DNA from: Octopus vulgaris
Taxonomy: Eukaryota
Direction: 5' to 3'
NCBI GenBank assembly: GCA_951406725.2
Contig: OX597819.1
Span: 75,020,001-75,084,000 of the forward strand
Length of the DNA stretch: 64,000 nucleotides
Below, piece by piece: positions 1 through 12,294 of the stretch. The position numbers and the translations under genes were made by a program. The notes under the pieces were generated by a model, which was given only the letters and a program-made list of their open reading frames with translations, had not been told where the DNA came from and ran no database searches. Position 1 is the first letter of the stretch. Each line of letters opens with the position of its first letter.

Positions 1-228
1 ATTTCCAACAAGAACATTTGCTCTTAATAACAGGAAAAATAATTATTGAAATCAAATCTGAACGGATTTCTCTTTCTTTCTATCCATCCGTAGCCTTGGA
101 AAAGGAAATGACAAGACAACCTCCACATGGCCCATCAACCTGCAAAAATAAGGATAAAATCTTCCAGACGTCACTCTCCAGACGTCTGTCTTAGAGAAAG
201 GGAGAACACAATGGAACTTTGTAGTCTT

Positions 229-469
229 ATTCCTTTATTCTTTTATTCTTTTACTTGTTTCAGTCATTTGACTGCGGCTATGCTGGAGCAGTGCCTTTAG
301 TCGAGCAAATCGACCTCGGAACTTATTCTTTGTGAGCCTAGTACTTATTCTATCGATCCCTTCTGCAGAACCACTAAGTTACGGGGACGTAAACGCACCA
401 GTATCGGTTATCAAGCGATATTGGGGGGACAAAAACAAACACACAAACACACACACACACACACGCACG

Positions 470-515
<46 letters not shown>

Positions 516-687
516 CATATATACAACGGTCTTCTTTCAGTTTCCGTCTACCAAATCCACTCACAAGGCTTTGGTCGGCCCGAGGCTATAATGGAAGACA
601 CGTGCCCAAGGTGCCACGCAGTGGGACTGAACGCAGAACCATGTGGTTGGTAAGCAAGCTACTCACCACTCAGCCACTCCTGCGCCT
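229..687 (-). mobile_element. tRNA-derived SINE, family A (CORE-like), with internal (CA)n tract
   Basis: Minus strand begins AGGCGCAGGAGTGGCTGAGTGG (A box), has B-box-like GTTCAGTCCC and a CORE-like CACCTTGGGCA segment, then an internal microsatellite and a (AAAAGAAT)n tail. Close copies at 38458-38943 and 48452-48912. Confidence 0.9.
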
Positions 688-699
688 TATATATATACT

Positions 700-774
700 T
701 TATTTAAAAGCAGCAGAAATATCACAAAAACTTTTATTCAGTTTCACGTTCTCGTTCGTCGGACATTTTTGTTA

Positions 775-777
<3 letters not shown>
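700..777 (-). repeat. Decayed copy of the hammerhead-containing repeat at 2952-3090
   Basis: Shares AAAGCAGCAGAAA with 2951. Minus strand reads CCGACGA-ACG-AGAA-CGT-GAAAC: core mutated, stem II intact. Confidence 0.7.
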
Positions 778-848
<71 letters not shown>

Positions 849-1173
849 AAAATGAGGGTGAAAAATTAGATATTAATTTAATTAACATCGATTTCAAACC
901 AATGGTCTAGCATATAAAAAAACTCTAGCTAGAGTTTTCTTCTCTTTCCAGCACATACATGCACATTTTAAGCGTTAAGCAATTTTATATTATTTTTCAT
1001 ACGTAAATAACCATACTCATTTAGATACTTTAGTATTAGTATTACTTTACTTGAACATAAAAGAACCAGACAGTAGTTTGAAAGTGAATGAATGTATGAG
1101 AAAGAACATGAAAAATACACAAACGCGCGCGCGCGCACGCACACACGCACGTGCATATATGTGTGTGTGTGTA

Positions 1174-1460
1174 GACGCGCAATGGCCCAGTGGTTAGGGT
1201 AGCGGACTCGCGGTTGTAGGATCGCGGTTTCGATTTCCACACCGGGCGTTGTGTGTGTCTATTGAGCGAAAACACCTAAAGCTCCACGAGCCACCGGCAG
1301 GGGGTGGTGGCGATCCCTGCTGTACTCTTTTGCCACAACTTTCTCCCACTTTTTCATCTGTTGGCCAGCGGGGTGGCGTCATTTGAAGGCTAAAACAATG
1401 CGAAGCGCATTGTGACCAGTGATGTGTAGCAACATCTGATAGCCGGTCACGGTGATCACG

Positions 1461-1464
<4 letters not shown>
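1174..1464 (+). mobile_element. tRNA-derived SINE, head B + tail X
   Basis: A box TGGCCCAGTGG and B-box-like GGTTTCGATTTCC. Head shared with 34677-34975; tail (GGCTAAAACAATGCGAAGCGCATTGTGACCAG...CACGGTGAT) shared with 5885-6000. Confidence 0.85.
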
Positions 1465-1498
<34 letters not shown>

Positions 1499-1560
1499 CG
1501 CGTATCTTGTTTAATGTCGATCGAATGGAAAAAAGCCCACTGAATGCATATTGTAGAGGA

Positions 1561-1705
1561 TTTTTTTAAAAACTGAAGCTGAGGGTTTGTCTCACGACTC
1601 GAGTTTCACACCATTGCAATCTTAAGGCGAAGAAGATCGCCTGAAGATCGCAGTGGCATGAAACTCGAGTTATGAAACAAATTCTCAGAATAAGTTTTAA
1701 TAAAA
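1561..1705. repeat. Imperfect inverted repeat (~70 bp arms), each arm a degenerate hammerhead motif
   Basis: Plus arm TCGC-CTGAAGA-TCGCAGTGGCAT-GAAA-CTCGAG-TT; minus arm TCGC-CTTAAGA-TTGCAATGGTGT-GAAA-CTCGAG-TC-GTGA. Palindromic stem III ACTCGAGT. Confidence 0.75.
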
Positions 1706-2575
1706 TTACAAACACGCACACACGCGTGCACACATGCACACACACATGTATACACACACACACACTTTCCTCGCAAAATAGTATCTTTTTTATTGTTTTT
1801 CAAAGATTTCAACAATAATCACTTTTTAAGGACGGTATACATTGATTATTTCGCACGTTTCAATATCCAGCCATCGATATGTGTATTTGTGTATGTGTGT
1901 GTGTGCTGCTAGTTCTAGCTTTAAATAGAAATAATTAGAATCGGTGACATAATTCCTTTATTTATAAACAGAAGAAATATTGCGCCTGAAAGCAAACCAC
2001 AACAATCTTTTGAAAATGTCTTTGAAGTTTGACAACATTCTACGTATCGACCTTGCTATCATTTTTGATAATTCTCCACATTTTAATGATACCCACTCTT
2101 TCCATAGACACGCTTCTGACTACGTCTTCTTTTTACTAATTAAATTGTTCCGTATACTTTCAATTTTTTATTTGTTAAAACATTTTATGCCAATTTAAAA
2201 CTTTTAACGCCAATACACAGAAATGATGGTGCAATTCCGTGACTTACAGACTCACTGTGTTACAAATGAAAAGAGAAGATTAAATTCTGAAGGTGAATTG
2301 GTAAGATTCTTCATATCAACTCAACTTTCCTTCATCCCTTAAATAATGGCCCCCACCCCAACTCACTTCTCTTTTTCTATGCATAAAATAATTGGTTCTA
2401 CAATGCTTGATTATCTCCCGTGGGGGAAAAAACAAATGTACATTTGTCGCTCTGTCATTTATTCTGTTTTGGTATTGAGTCCTTTTGTTAGTCTGCGGTT
2501 TATTTCGTTCTTTCAATAAGCCAAAACCCAATAACCACCCGATCACGATGAAGATAATGATGGTAGTAATGATGA

Positions 2576-2652
<77 letters not shown>

Positions 2653-2682
2653 CGGGAAAAAAAGCAACAAGAATGGATAGGT

Positions 2683-2773
2683 TTTTAGTACAATCGTTTC
2701 ATACAAGGACAGGCTTTATTAAAAGTTGCAAAAATTGCAGCATATAAACGTGTCCCGTACTCATCAGCTAAAA
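2683..2773 (-). ncRNA. Type I hammerhead ribozyme motif with extended stem II
   Basis: Minus strand: TTTTAG-CTGATGA-GTACGGGACA...TGTCCTTGTAT-GAAAC-GATT-GTA-CTAAAA. Perfect 6-bp stem I, intact core, GUA triplet. Confidence 0.8.
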
Positions 2774-2975
2774 TACATGTGAGTTCTCTAGACATCCTAG
2801 TGGTTGGGGCTATACTCATGAAGTAATGTAGATAATTAAGTAACATAATTAAGTAACATAAACAGATTTCCGGAGTAAACACATAAATGTGAAACAAAGT
2901 GGAAAAAAAAGAGTACTCAAATACCAGTGGTAGAGTAATATGCTTTATTTAAAGCAGCAGAAAATTCAACAAAAT

Positions 2976-3013
2976 CTGTTACTCTGAGTTTCTCGTTACC
3001 GTTCATCAGACAG
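2976..3013 (-). ncRNA. Minimal type I hammerhead motif (left arm of hairpin)
   Basis: CTGT-CTGATGA-ACG-GTAA-CGA-GAAA-CTCAGAG-TA-ACAG on the minus strand. Confidence 0.75.
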
Positions 3014-3028
3014 TTATTCTAGCAAAAA

Positions 3029-3066
3029 CTGTCTGATGAACGGCAACGAGAAACTCAGAGTAACAG
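3029..3066 (+). ncRNA. Minimal type I hammerhead motif (right arm of hairpin)
   Basis: CTGT-CTGATGA-ACG-GCAA-CGA-GAAA-CTCAGAG-TA-ACAG. Stem I CTGT/ACAG, quasi-palindromic stem III ACTCAGAGT, GUA triplet. Confidence 0.75.
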
Positions 3067-3089
3067 ATTTTGTTGAATTTTCTGCTGCT

Positions 3090-3132
<43 letters not shown>

Positions 3133-3329
3133 CGCCATTTTTGGAACATCAGCTGCTGGTAATGTTGTTGGTAGTACTACCGCTGCTACCTTCGATAAAT
3201 TTGAAGGTATAGCGTTACTAAAGCTACTTCTACTTCCGTTCATTCCTGAACGTGTATTGTTCAGCCGATGCTAAATACACTAAATATTGTGTTGCTAAAA
3301 CAACTGACACTGCTTTCAACTGCACTTAA

Positions 3330-3341
3330 CTACTACTACTA

Positions 3342-3382
<41 letters not shown>

Positions 3383-3800
3383 TCTAGTGAATGAAGTTGC
3401 TGCCGTCACAACTATTGTTTCTGTTGATGCTGCTGCTGCTGCAACTGTTGCTCTTCCAGCTGCTCTACCTCCTGATGTTGATGTAGCTGCTACTATTATC
3501 CTTGTTCCTCCTGTTGCTGCCGCTGTTGCTGTTGCTGCTGCTGCTGCTGGTGCTGCTGCCGTGGCGGCTGCTGCTGCTGCTGATGATGATGATGCTGCTG
3601 CTGGTATAGTTGTGTTGTTGACTCGAGACGTCATAGCTTCGATATTGATGTTTTTCTTTCTTCTGTTTTTTTTTTCTGCTGCAAATATTACAAAACAACT
3701 GATTGAGATATAAGTAGGACTCAAAATCTCTCTCCCCATTCTCTCATTCTTTCTCACTTTCTCTCCCTTCATTTCTTTATCCATCTCTCATTTTTCTCTC

Positions 3801-3843
<43 letters not shown>

Positions 3844-3999
3844 ACTATTTCTTCACTTCTACTTCTCTCACTCTCTTTCTCCTTATTTCTACCCCTCTCT
3901 CTCTCTTTCTCTCTTTTCGTTTCTGATTGTCTCTCACTCTTTGTCTCTTCATTTCTCTCTTTCCAGCTGTCTCTCTTTTATCTCTTCATTTCTATATAC

Positions 4000-4033
<34 letters not shown>

Positions 4034-4410
4034 TTCTCTTTCCCTCACTCTCTATTTCACTCTCTCGCCCATAGTCTTTCTCTCGTAATTCACTTTTCTC
4101 TCCCACTTTTCTCTCTCATTCACTTTTTCTCTCTAACTCTTTCTCTCTTTCTTTCTCCCTCTTTCTTCGCTGCGACTTCTCTGTCTCACTCTTTCTTTCT
4201 CCCTTTCTCGCCATCTCTCTTTCTCTTTCTCTCTCTCTCTCTCTCTCCTCCTAGGTTCGTCTCTATTTCTCTCATCCTTTCTCTTTCTTCGTTTTAGACC
4301 GTCAGTCACCGTTTTTGTCCCTCTCACTCATTTTTCTCTCCTTCCTTCCCTCTCCATCTCTCTCTCTCCTTCTATTTCTCTCTCTCTCTCTCCCTCTTTC
4401 CACACTCTTA
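3330..4410. repeat. (CTA)n/(CTG)n tract followed by a ~700 bp CT-rich polypyrimidine tract
   Basis: Directly visible low-complexity sequence; the overlapping Ala/Ser/Leu-rich ORFs come from it. Confidence 0.9.
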
Positions 4411-4819
4411 ATAAAAACATCATCACACACGAAGTGTATGCAGCTTGCAACATTCTTGGAACGAATGAATAAACAAGTAAATAAATGGACGAAGCTACTA
4501 GAGCAGTTTAAGATGAGCTTCCAGTCTCCACAATAATTAAAACCATCCGAGCAGTCAACCACAGACTTATTTCCACGATCCAATAAAATCTACAAACGTT
4601 CACAACGGATGGTTGTGATATCTCGGCTAAATATACGTACCACCCACGCATCATTACTCTACTCCCCACCCACTACCGCTGTCACGTTACTAACATTAAC
4701 ATCAACAGCAGCAGCAGTACCACCACCACCACCACCACCACCACCACCACCACCACAACCACCACCATCACCACCACCACCACCACCACCATCACCACCA
4801 CCACCATACACACGTGACA

Positions 4820-5680
4820 CGTTTCTACGTGGTTGCTCAACCTGTTTGAAATAGAAGCCGAATCTTCTTCAAATCATGCCCTATAGTCTTATAGAAGGAC
4901 AAGGACGTATTAGATAATGTAGTCTTAGATAACACTAAAAAGATGGGATCGTAATGGCGGGAGTGCCTTTAATCATGAATCTGCTTGATTAGGGCTTACA
5001 GCAACGACGTCGACGATGACCACAGCAACAACATCAGCACCAGATATGCCGTTTAACTAGCATCAAAATCTCCTCAATTAGCATCAAAATCTCCCTCAAT
5101 TAGAAAGCAAAGGAAATATTAGTTGATAAAGTCCGAGATTAGCCACCTCTAAAAAGCGTGATGGTCTCGGATGGAATGCCTTCGATCATAAGTCTACTTT
5201 CTCTGGACAGATATTAGACTGAACTAGAATAGCGTCAGCAATGACCACTAACATGAGCCAACGAAGGTATTTCTGTTCTGTTGTTCGATCTGCTACAAAC
5301 AGTAGCCAAAGATAATGTAACCTTGGATACACATGTCTCAAAAAAACAAACAAAACATGCAAAAAGAAAGACATTGTCATTCTTGAACGCTTTTGAACAT
5401 AGGACCACTTAACAAGCTCTGACCTGGGGCTAAACACTACTACCACTACCAATAACAACAACAACGATGAAGACAACAGAACTTCTTCATGCTCACATAA
5501 CTTGCTTATGAACATCAGCCAAATCTCCCTTAAATTACACCCTGCTGTCTTGAAAAGAAGGGATTACATTGACTTATGAGGTCCGAGACACGCAATATCC
5601 GAGAATAAGATGAGAACGCCATTGTTTTCACCATATATTTGCTCGGTTATAGTTGACGTGGGATTAAACAGCAACAAGAA
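4820..5680 (+). repeat. Tandem cluster of ~4 degenerate copies of a ~200 bp interspersed repeat ending in (AAC)n
   Basis: Recurring motifs GCCAAATCTCCCT, GGAATGCCTT.GATCAT and CTGACCTGGGGCTAAACA. Related copies near 120-230, 13070-13180, 27040-27210, 42540-42600, 43925-44000. Confidence 0.65.
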
Positions 5681-5884
5681 CAAGAACAAGCCAATGGGAG
5701 ATGCTCTATGTAGAGAAGCAGAAATCCAAACTCTTTCGAATCCCCACCATCTTGTCTCAAATAAGGATACATCGAACAAATATATTGATATTGCTCATAT
5801 TTTCTAACTATATATTTGCCTGTTTATCTCTGTATCTCCTTCTCTCTCTCCCTCTCTTTCTACACACACACACACACACACACA

Positions 5885-6182
5885 TCACATGATCACATGA
5901 TCGCCCAGAATATCGGATATTCTTATTCATCGCTGATCACAATGCGCTTTGTATCGTTTTAGCTTTCTAATGATGCTAGCTTGCTGGCTAGGCGAGCAGG
6001 CCAGCATTCTTCTTGATCGGGAGGCCAGTTCATTTCCGAGTTAGTTGTTTACAGCTGACTGGACTGGAACAATGTGAAATGAAGTGTTTTGTTCAAGAAC
6101 ACAACGCGCAGACGATCTGGGAATCGAAACCACGATCTCACGGTCGTGAATGTAACACGCCCAACCACTTGGTCACGCTCCA
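5885..6182 (-). mobile_element. tRNA-derived SINE, head C + tail X
   Basis: Minus-strand head GGAGCGTGACCAAGTGGTTGGG...GGTTTCGATTCCC, CORE-like GTTCTTGAACAAAACACTTCATTTC, tail homologous to 1365-1464. Confidence 0.8.
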
Positions 6183-6746
6183 TCACACACACACACAAAC
6201 ATTATGTATGTCTCTACCGGTAGTCTATCGAGTCAGCAACTGAATAAAATTAAGCATTAATCCACTTTGTGTGCACAAATAGCTTTCATAGTACTTATCT
6301 GATTCCTCTAATAATGCCATATTAATCCAATTCATATCTTATCATATCGTATATATATTATACAATGTGTATGTAGCATAAATGATATGCACACGCAAAC
6401 ACACACATATACACATAAACGTGGTACATATGGCATAATGGTATAAATTACGCACTCAAATATTCTAGTGATTTTATGTATCAACAGTGATATATCAATT
6501 TTGTTTTCTTCCATACTCAAGTAATCATTGAGCATTTCCCTCTTCCAAATTTTCCAGCCGAATATAATGTTTCCTATTAATGAATAAATTCGCTAATTAT
6601 AAGCTATTTGAGTAGATAATCTCCACATGAATCCTTTCCTATTAGATATCATTATATATTATCCGTCTTAACCAGCCGGCTTGTCATATATAATTATTTC
6701 GGCATGCACTGACAAAGGCATATATGTACATATGTAATATGTAAGG

Positions 6747-6828
<82 letters not shown>

Positions 6829-7319
6829 TGTACATAAGGATATTATCAATCCAGTTCTTTTTTTAAACTTTTATATTCGAAGACGTTAGAGCTTTGAACA
6901 GAATGCTTTGCGGTATTTGTACCAGCTCTTTTCGTTCTGAGTTCAAATCCTATTTAAGTCAACTTTACCATTCATCTTTTAGGATCAATAAATATAATAC
7001 CTCTCTAGGCGGCGGATAGGAGGATAGGTGGAATGGTAAAGCGTCGGAAGCAATATCTTGTGTCAGTTATTCCAGTTCTGTATATTCTGAATTCAACCTC
7101 GCTTTCTGTTACCGGAAGACTTGGGAAGTCTTTAAAATAATGTCCAAGTATTTCGGACGATCATTCTTAAAGCCAGTCTAACAACTGGCAGGAAAGGATC
7201 CGAAAGGGACGTTAAAATTTTGCGTATTGAACGAACGATGTCTATATATCAGAGTGAGATGAACCTCGTCACTGCAGTGACTCACGAGAACGACAAACGT
7301 GTTCCGCTTTTATTGAGAC

Positions 7320-8095
7320 TTGTCAATACCGTGCACCTGGATGTCACTGATTTAAACGAAATTCGTGCTTCGATATACAGGAAACAGTGAATAAAACTTT
7401 CACTGGTATTGTAGAAATTTTCTGGGCTATGGAAAAATTTGTAGTACGCAACTGAAATAGCAATAAATTTAAATCGACATCTGTGTATCGTACTAAATAT
7501 AAACATACACTTAATTTAGATGTCTCCGCAAATATACCCCAAATAAAGGCACTTATTTCTAATTTAGCACCACTTTCCAAGTACACATAAACTTTTTAAC
7601 ATACATAATGATAAGATGAGCTACTCTTGTCTAGACAATATACAACATCACACGGTACAACATTAAAAGATGCATGCTCTACAAAACTTTCTCTTCAAGT
7701 ATCCTCATTCCGAAATACAACCACCATTCAGCTGAAAGGATTCTGACTTTCCAAAGTAGCAGTCGATTAGGCGGTTCTCACCCCACTTGACTTACACAGG
7801 ACTTACAACTAATAACTTCAAAAAGAGATTTACCAAACACTTGTACTCCCTCAGATTCAGAGACAAGGAAAACACCATTTCCCTGGAGACTATGGCATCA
7901 GAGAATCGTTCAGCTCAGCATAAGCTAGAACAACCTCTAGAAAGTTCCTACCTGTTCACCTGGAGCAAACAACCGTTGTCATTGTCTTAGCGAGAAACTA
8001 CACATATTACAACAGCCAGTTGCACCTCTTAACAAGAAAACTGAGATATCATTCCCCTGCCTCGATTGGTGTCTCTGCTAGCTAGCTTTAAACCA
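7320..8095 (+). pseudogene. Penelope-like element remnant (RT C-terminus + GIY-YIG endonuclease)
   Basis: Frameshifted motifs HLDVT...SIYRK, FN.HN.KMSYSCL.NI, TYTGLTTNNFKKRFTKHLYSLR (YIG motif region) and CLSEKLHI...LNKKTEI..PC match Penelope ORF hallmarks. Confidence 0.8.
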
Positions 8096-8499
8096 TTAGC
8101 TGTTAATACTGTCATAAGTTTCCAACCTAACATATATTAACAGCTCATTGTATTCCTTCACGGGAAATTTCAGCTATCATCTTACTAACAACAACAGAGT
8201 GAATTGTAAGTTGCATGTTGTTAATATCTTCCTTAAACATTTACTGATACCGCAATAAATTTTACATTATCGTGAATATTCTAAAATGAACATGAGAGGA
8301 TATTTTAGCACACCATCAGTGAGTTAGCAGCTGCTGATCACATCACCAACCTGTATCAATTAAAAGTCGGTGGCAATCCCTATACACATGCATACACAGG
8401 TACAAATATGATACACACAAAATAAACGGAGACACAAACACACACACACACAACCGTACGCATACACATTGGCCTTATGTATATTTGCTTTATATATGT

Positions 8500-8584
8500 G
8501 TCTGTAGGTGTGTTTGAGAGTGTGTGTGTGTTTCTGAGTGTGTGTATACGTATATGCGTATATATATGTCTATATGCACACACT

Positions 8585-8636
<52 letters not shown>

Positions 8637-8896
8637 CATGTATATACATATGTATATATAAGCATGTATACACATATGTATATACATATATGTATATATA
8701 TGCATATATATGTATACATATGTATATATATATATGTGCATATATATGTATATATATATGTATATATGAATATATGTATGTGTATATATATATGTATATA
8801 TATAAATATAGATATATTTATATGTATATGTATATATAGATATAAATATATATGTGTATATATATGTGTATATATATATATGTATATATATAAATA

Positions 8897-8981
<85 letters not shown>

Positions 8982-9945
8982 CTTTAGGGATAAACCATGT
9001 ATAAACCATATACGCATGTATTGAAATTTTCTGATTTTTCAGATTTTTTAAATATGCTAGGCTACTGGTTTTAAATTGATATTAATTAAATTAATATTCA
9101 ATTTATCTCCCTCATTTAAACACACACACACACACACACACTTATATATATGCATACATATATATATACATACATGAACATACACATTATAAGTACATAT
9201 ACATATATACGCACACATATACGTGTTTTGCGTGTGCTACTGGGTAATATGCATGTGTGCGTATGCGCGTGAGCCAACGAATGAATAGGTCATTATCTGT
9301 AGCTAATTAAACACACCACAGCCTTAACTACAAAGGAGAATTCTCGTTGAATATAGTTGCTCAACCAAACACTATGGCAATACATACTGTTGCCAATCAT
9401 TGACATACGGACGCCAAGAACGATGAGCTACATTATATATTAATGAGTCTATGGTTGCTATTATGCGCTGTAATCGACTAATTTGTTGCTCATCTCTGAT
9501 GTTTCCCATTCCAGGCTATCAGTTTACCCGAATATATTTTACATGAAAATCTTTCTGACACTCTGTCAATTACAGCCCCTTTCTCCTTTTCTGTTTTCTG
9601 TACATCTCTCTCTCTCTCTCTAATATGTGTGTGTGTATGTATGTATGTATGTATGTATGTATGTATGTATGTATGTATGTATGTATGTATGTATGTATGT
9701 ATGTATGTATGTATGTATGTATGTATGTATGTATGTATGTATGTATGTATATGTGTGTGTGTGTGTGTCATATACATACATATATATATATGTATTATAT
9801 ATATATATATTTATGTGTGTGTGTGTGTGTGTAGGTACGTATGCATATATGCGTGCATATATATATATATGTATGAGTGTATGTATGTACATATATGTGT
9901 GCGTGTGTATATGTGTGTATATATATGCATATATATATATATAGA
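8500..9945. repeat. Compound (TA)/(TG)/(TATG) microsatellite fields
   Basis: Directly visible at 8500-8980 and 9620-9945. Confidence 0.9.
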
Positions 9946-11023
9946 GAGATGAGAGGGGGAGAGAGAGAGAGAGGGAAAGGGGGAGAGAAAGTGTTTCGCG
10001 CTAACACGCTATCCTGAAGGAAAACTTTTTGACAGTGGCGTAAGGCGTATACACATACTTACTCACGTATTAAAGTTTTATATTTAAAATTTGACTTAAA
10101 ATTTTGCTGTTGTTTAGCAGCTTATCGGAATCTGAAAATTGATACAGTTCATTTCAGACCCAATATTCAGCACGTTGAGCGACGGTCTTTTGCCATAGTG
10201 TAGAGTTACCATAAGCCTTATGTTTATCTTTGTGTATATTATACAGCAGATACTACATTATCCAATATGTAATTTTGCTTTAACGACCGCTGGGTGTCAT
10301 TTTGAAAGATAGCTGCAATTTCCGGCAAGACAAACAAGGATGTAGAAGCACTCTGCTTACCGAGTATTCTTGTCATTGTTATATTTGGACAGGTGGTCAG
10401 CGAAAGGTGTAACTATACGACTTCCTGGTCTTATCGAACGAGTGTTATAGTAATCCAGTCTGTCCTCTTCCTTGTTAAGTTTGCAAGCTATGATTTGAAG
10501 CAAAGATTCTCAACCCATTTTGGCCAAACGGTCCCTTTTGACCCTTGGAGTCACAAAATATTTTTTAGTTTTCAATATCCTACTTATTTTGATTATGATT
10601 AAAAAATCAAGCAGATACTGATTAAATAATAAAGGACACCGTTTTACATATGCGCTTATACGCAATCGAAGTACAAATGCACAAACTGAAATGCAAAAAA
10701 AAACACCCAAATAATAAATGGTCTTATGAATGAAAGTTTGTCAATTGCGTTTATTTCCACCACACGACACTTATGAGATCAACGTGTTGTCTTTCGAAAG
10801 AGTGCTCTTTAGTACAAGTAAATGACGATGAAATCATTTCAAACCTCTCCGATGTCCATTATCAAAACGGTAGGAACGTGTGCAACAATCTGACATAGTT
10901 ATTGTCACCCGGAAGAGGATTCTGCATGCTCAAGAAAGAGAGTGTAATTGATAGAAATTGTTGAAATACATGTGTACTTCAGATGAGTTGCAAATTGTGG
11001 AGGATGGTATTCACTGCACTCGA

Positions 11024-11435
11024 GTCTAGTTGGTTTGAGTCACAAAATCAGCCCCCTTTTAAAATGAAGTAAAAAATCTGAAAAATAGTCATATTAAACA
11101 TTCATTTCTTATTCATTTGAACCAAAGAATTTACTGAGAAAAAAAATTGACGAAAAAGTTACAGACGTTTAAAAATCAAAAACCTGTCTATTTTTAGCCA
11201 ATAATAAACTTTCGTTGTAGCGAACGGTGTCAACTTTAAGGTTGTACCCTGTGTGACCTGTTCATTGCAGGTTTCTAAATGAAGATAAAATACCTTACAA
11301 AGTCATGTTTTTATTAATTTTTTTTGTTATATTAATGTATTTGTATGTATGTGTTTGGGTAAATTTTTACAAGGACACCCGCATTAGTAGCTATTTCGAA
11401 TCTACTTAGTTTGAGTCACAAAATCAGCCCCCTTT
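11024..11435. mobile_element. Partial copies of the TIR element at 12295-12626
   Basis: TCTAGTTGGTTTGAGTCACAAAATC at 11026 and related at 11405. GGTGTCAACTTTAAGGTTGTACCCTGTG is shared between ~11226 and ~12510. Confidence 0.65.
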
Positions 11436-12294
11436 AATTTTGCTCAGACTGTTTTCAAATTAGGGCTATGGATGGAGTTGGGAATTTAGATTATACTCAA
11501 CCAGTTACCTTATCTCGTAAATTAAAAAATCTGATGTTATTTGGAATTAAGTTGGAAAATTTGTGTAATTTTATCCAATCAACAGACAGCGAGGCATTAA
11601 CAGCTAGTTACCATAGTAACATTTGACAACTTAAATGTTCTATTTTACCTTGTTGTGCAGAATCTTCTCATCTGCACGCGATCTCTCTGTACATGTTTCG
11701 ATTTTGTTATTTTTGTTAAAACTTTATAAAACGTAAATTACCTGTGCTTGTATTAGAATTTTATTAGAAATAGAATTTTATTTTAGATATTTTTCGTGAA
11801 TTTTCGTAGTATTTTATTTCGGGAAGTTTTTCTGTGTTTTTATAATTTTTCGCCTTTCGTGGAGTTTTTCTGTGTGTATTTACTTTTTGCTTGTTGGTAA
11901 AAGTCTAGAATCCATGTCATTTAACTGCACCAGTCTGAAGGAGATATTGAAAACAGAGGTGGATGCTGCATATTATTTCGGAAAAAAAAGGGTGTTAGCC
12001 CTGAAAAAAAGGTGTAGTAAATCTAGGCACAATATGACTAAGAAAATGGTTTATGAGAATTTGTACTGGCGGTGCAGTCACAATGGATTTAATGAATGTT
12101 TGTCAGTAAGGACAGGAAGAAAAAAAAAATCTCGGATTTTTCACGTGCATTCAATGTATCTGACCGCCAAACCCGCCGCAAGCCTCGAAGTTTCCCGGAA
12201 CCCAGAAAAGAAAGATTTGGCTGCTATTTCTAACATGATCTGCTACCAGGTTACAGATACTTGCGATGAAAGACCAACCATTATCACAAATAGC

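Noticed and set aside
2221-2300. Possible small + strand exon (AG...GTAAGA, open frame MMVQFRDLQTHC...)
   Set aside because: Weak acceptor, no recognisable homology and no partner exons; needs RNA-seq.
10361-10487. Possible minus-strand exon (TAG...GTAAGC, one open frame)
   Set aside because: No polypyrimidine tract or recognisable protein; could be chance or a decayed TE.
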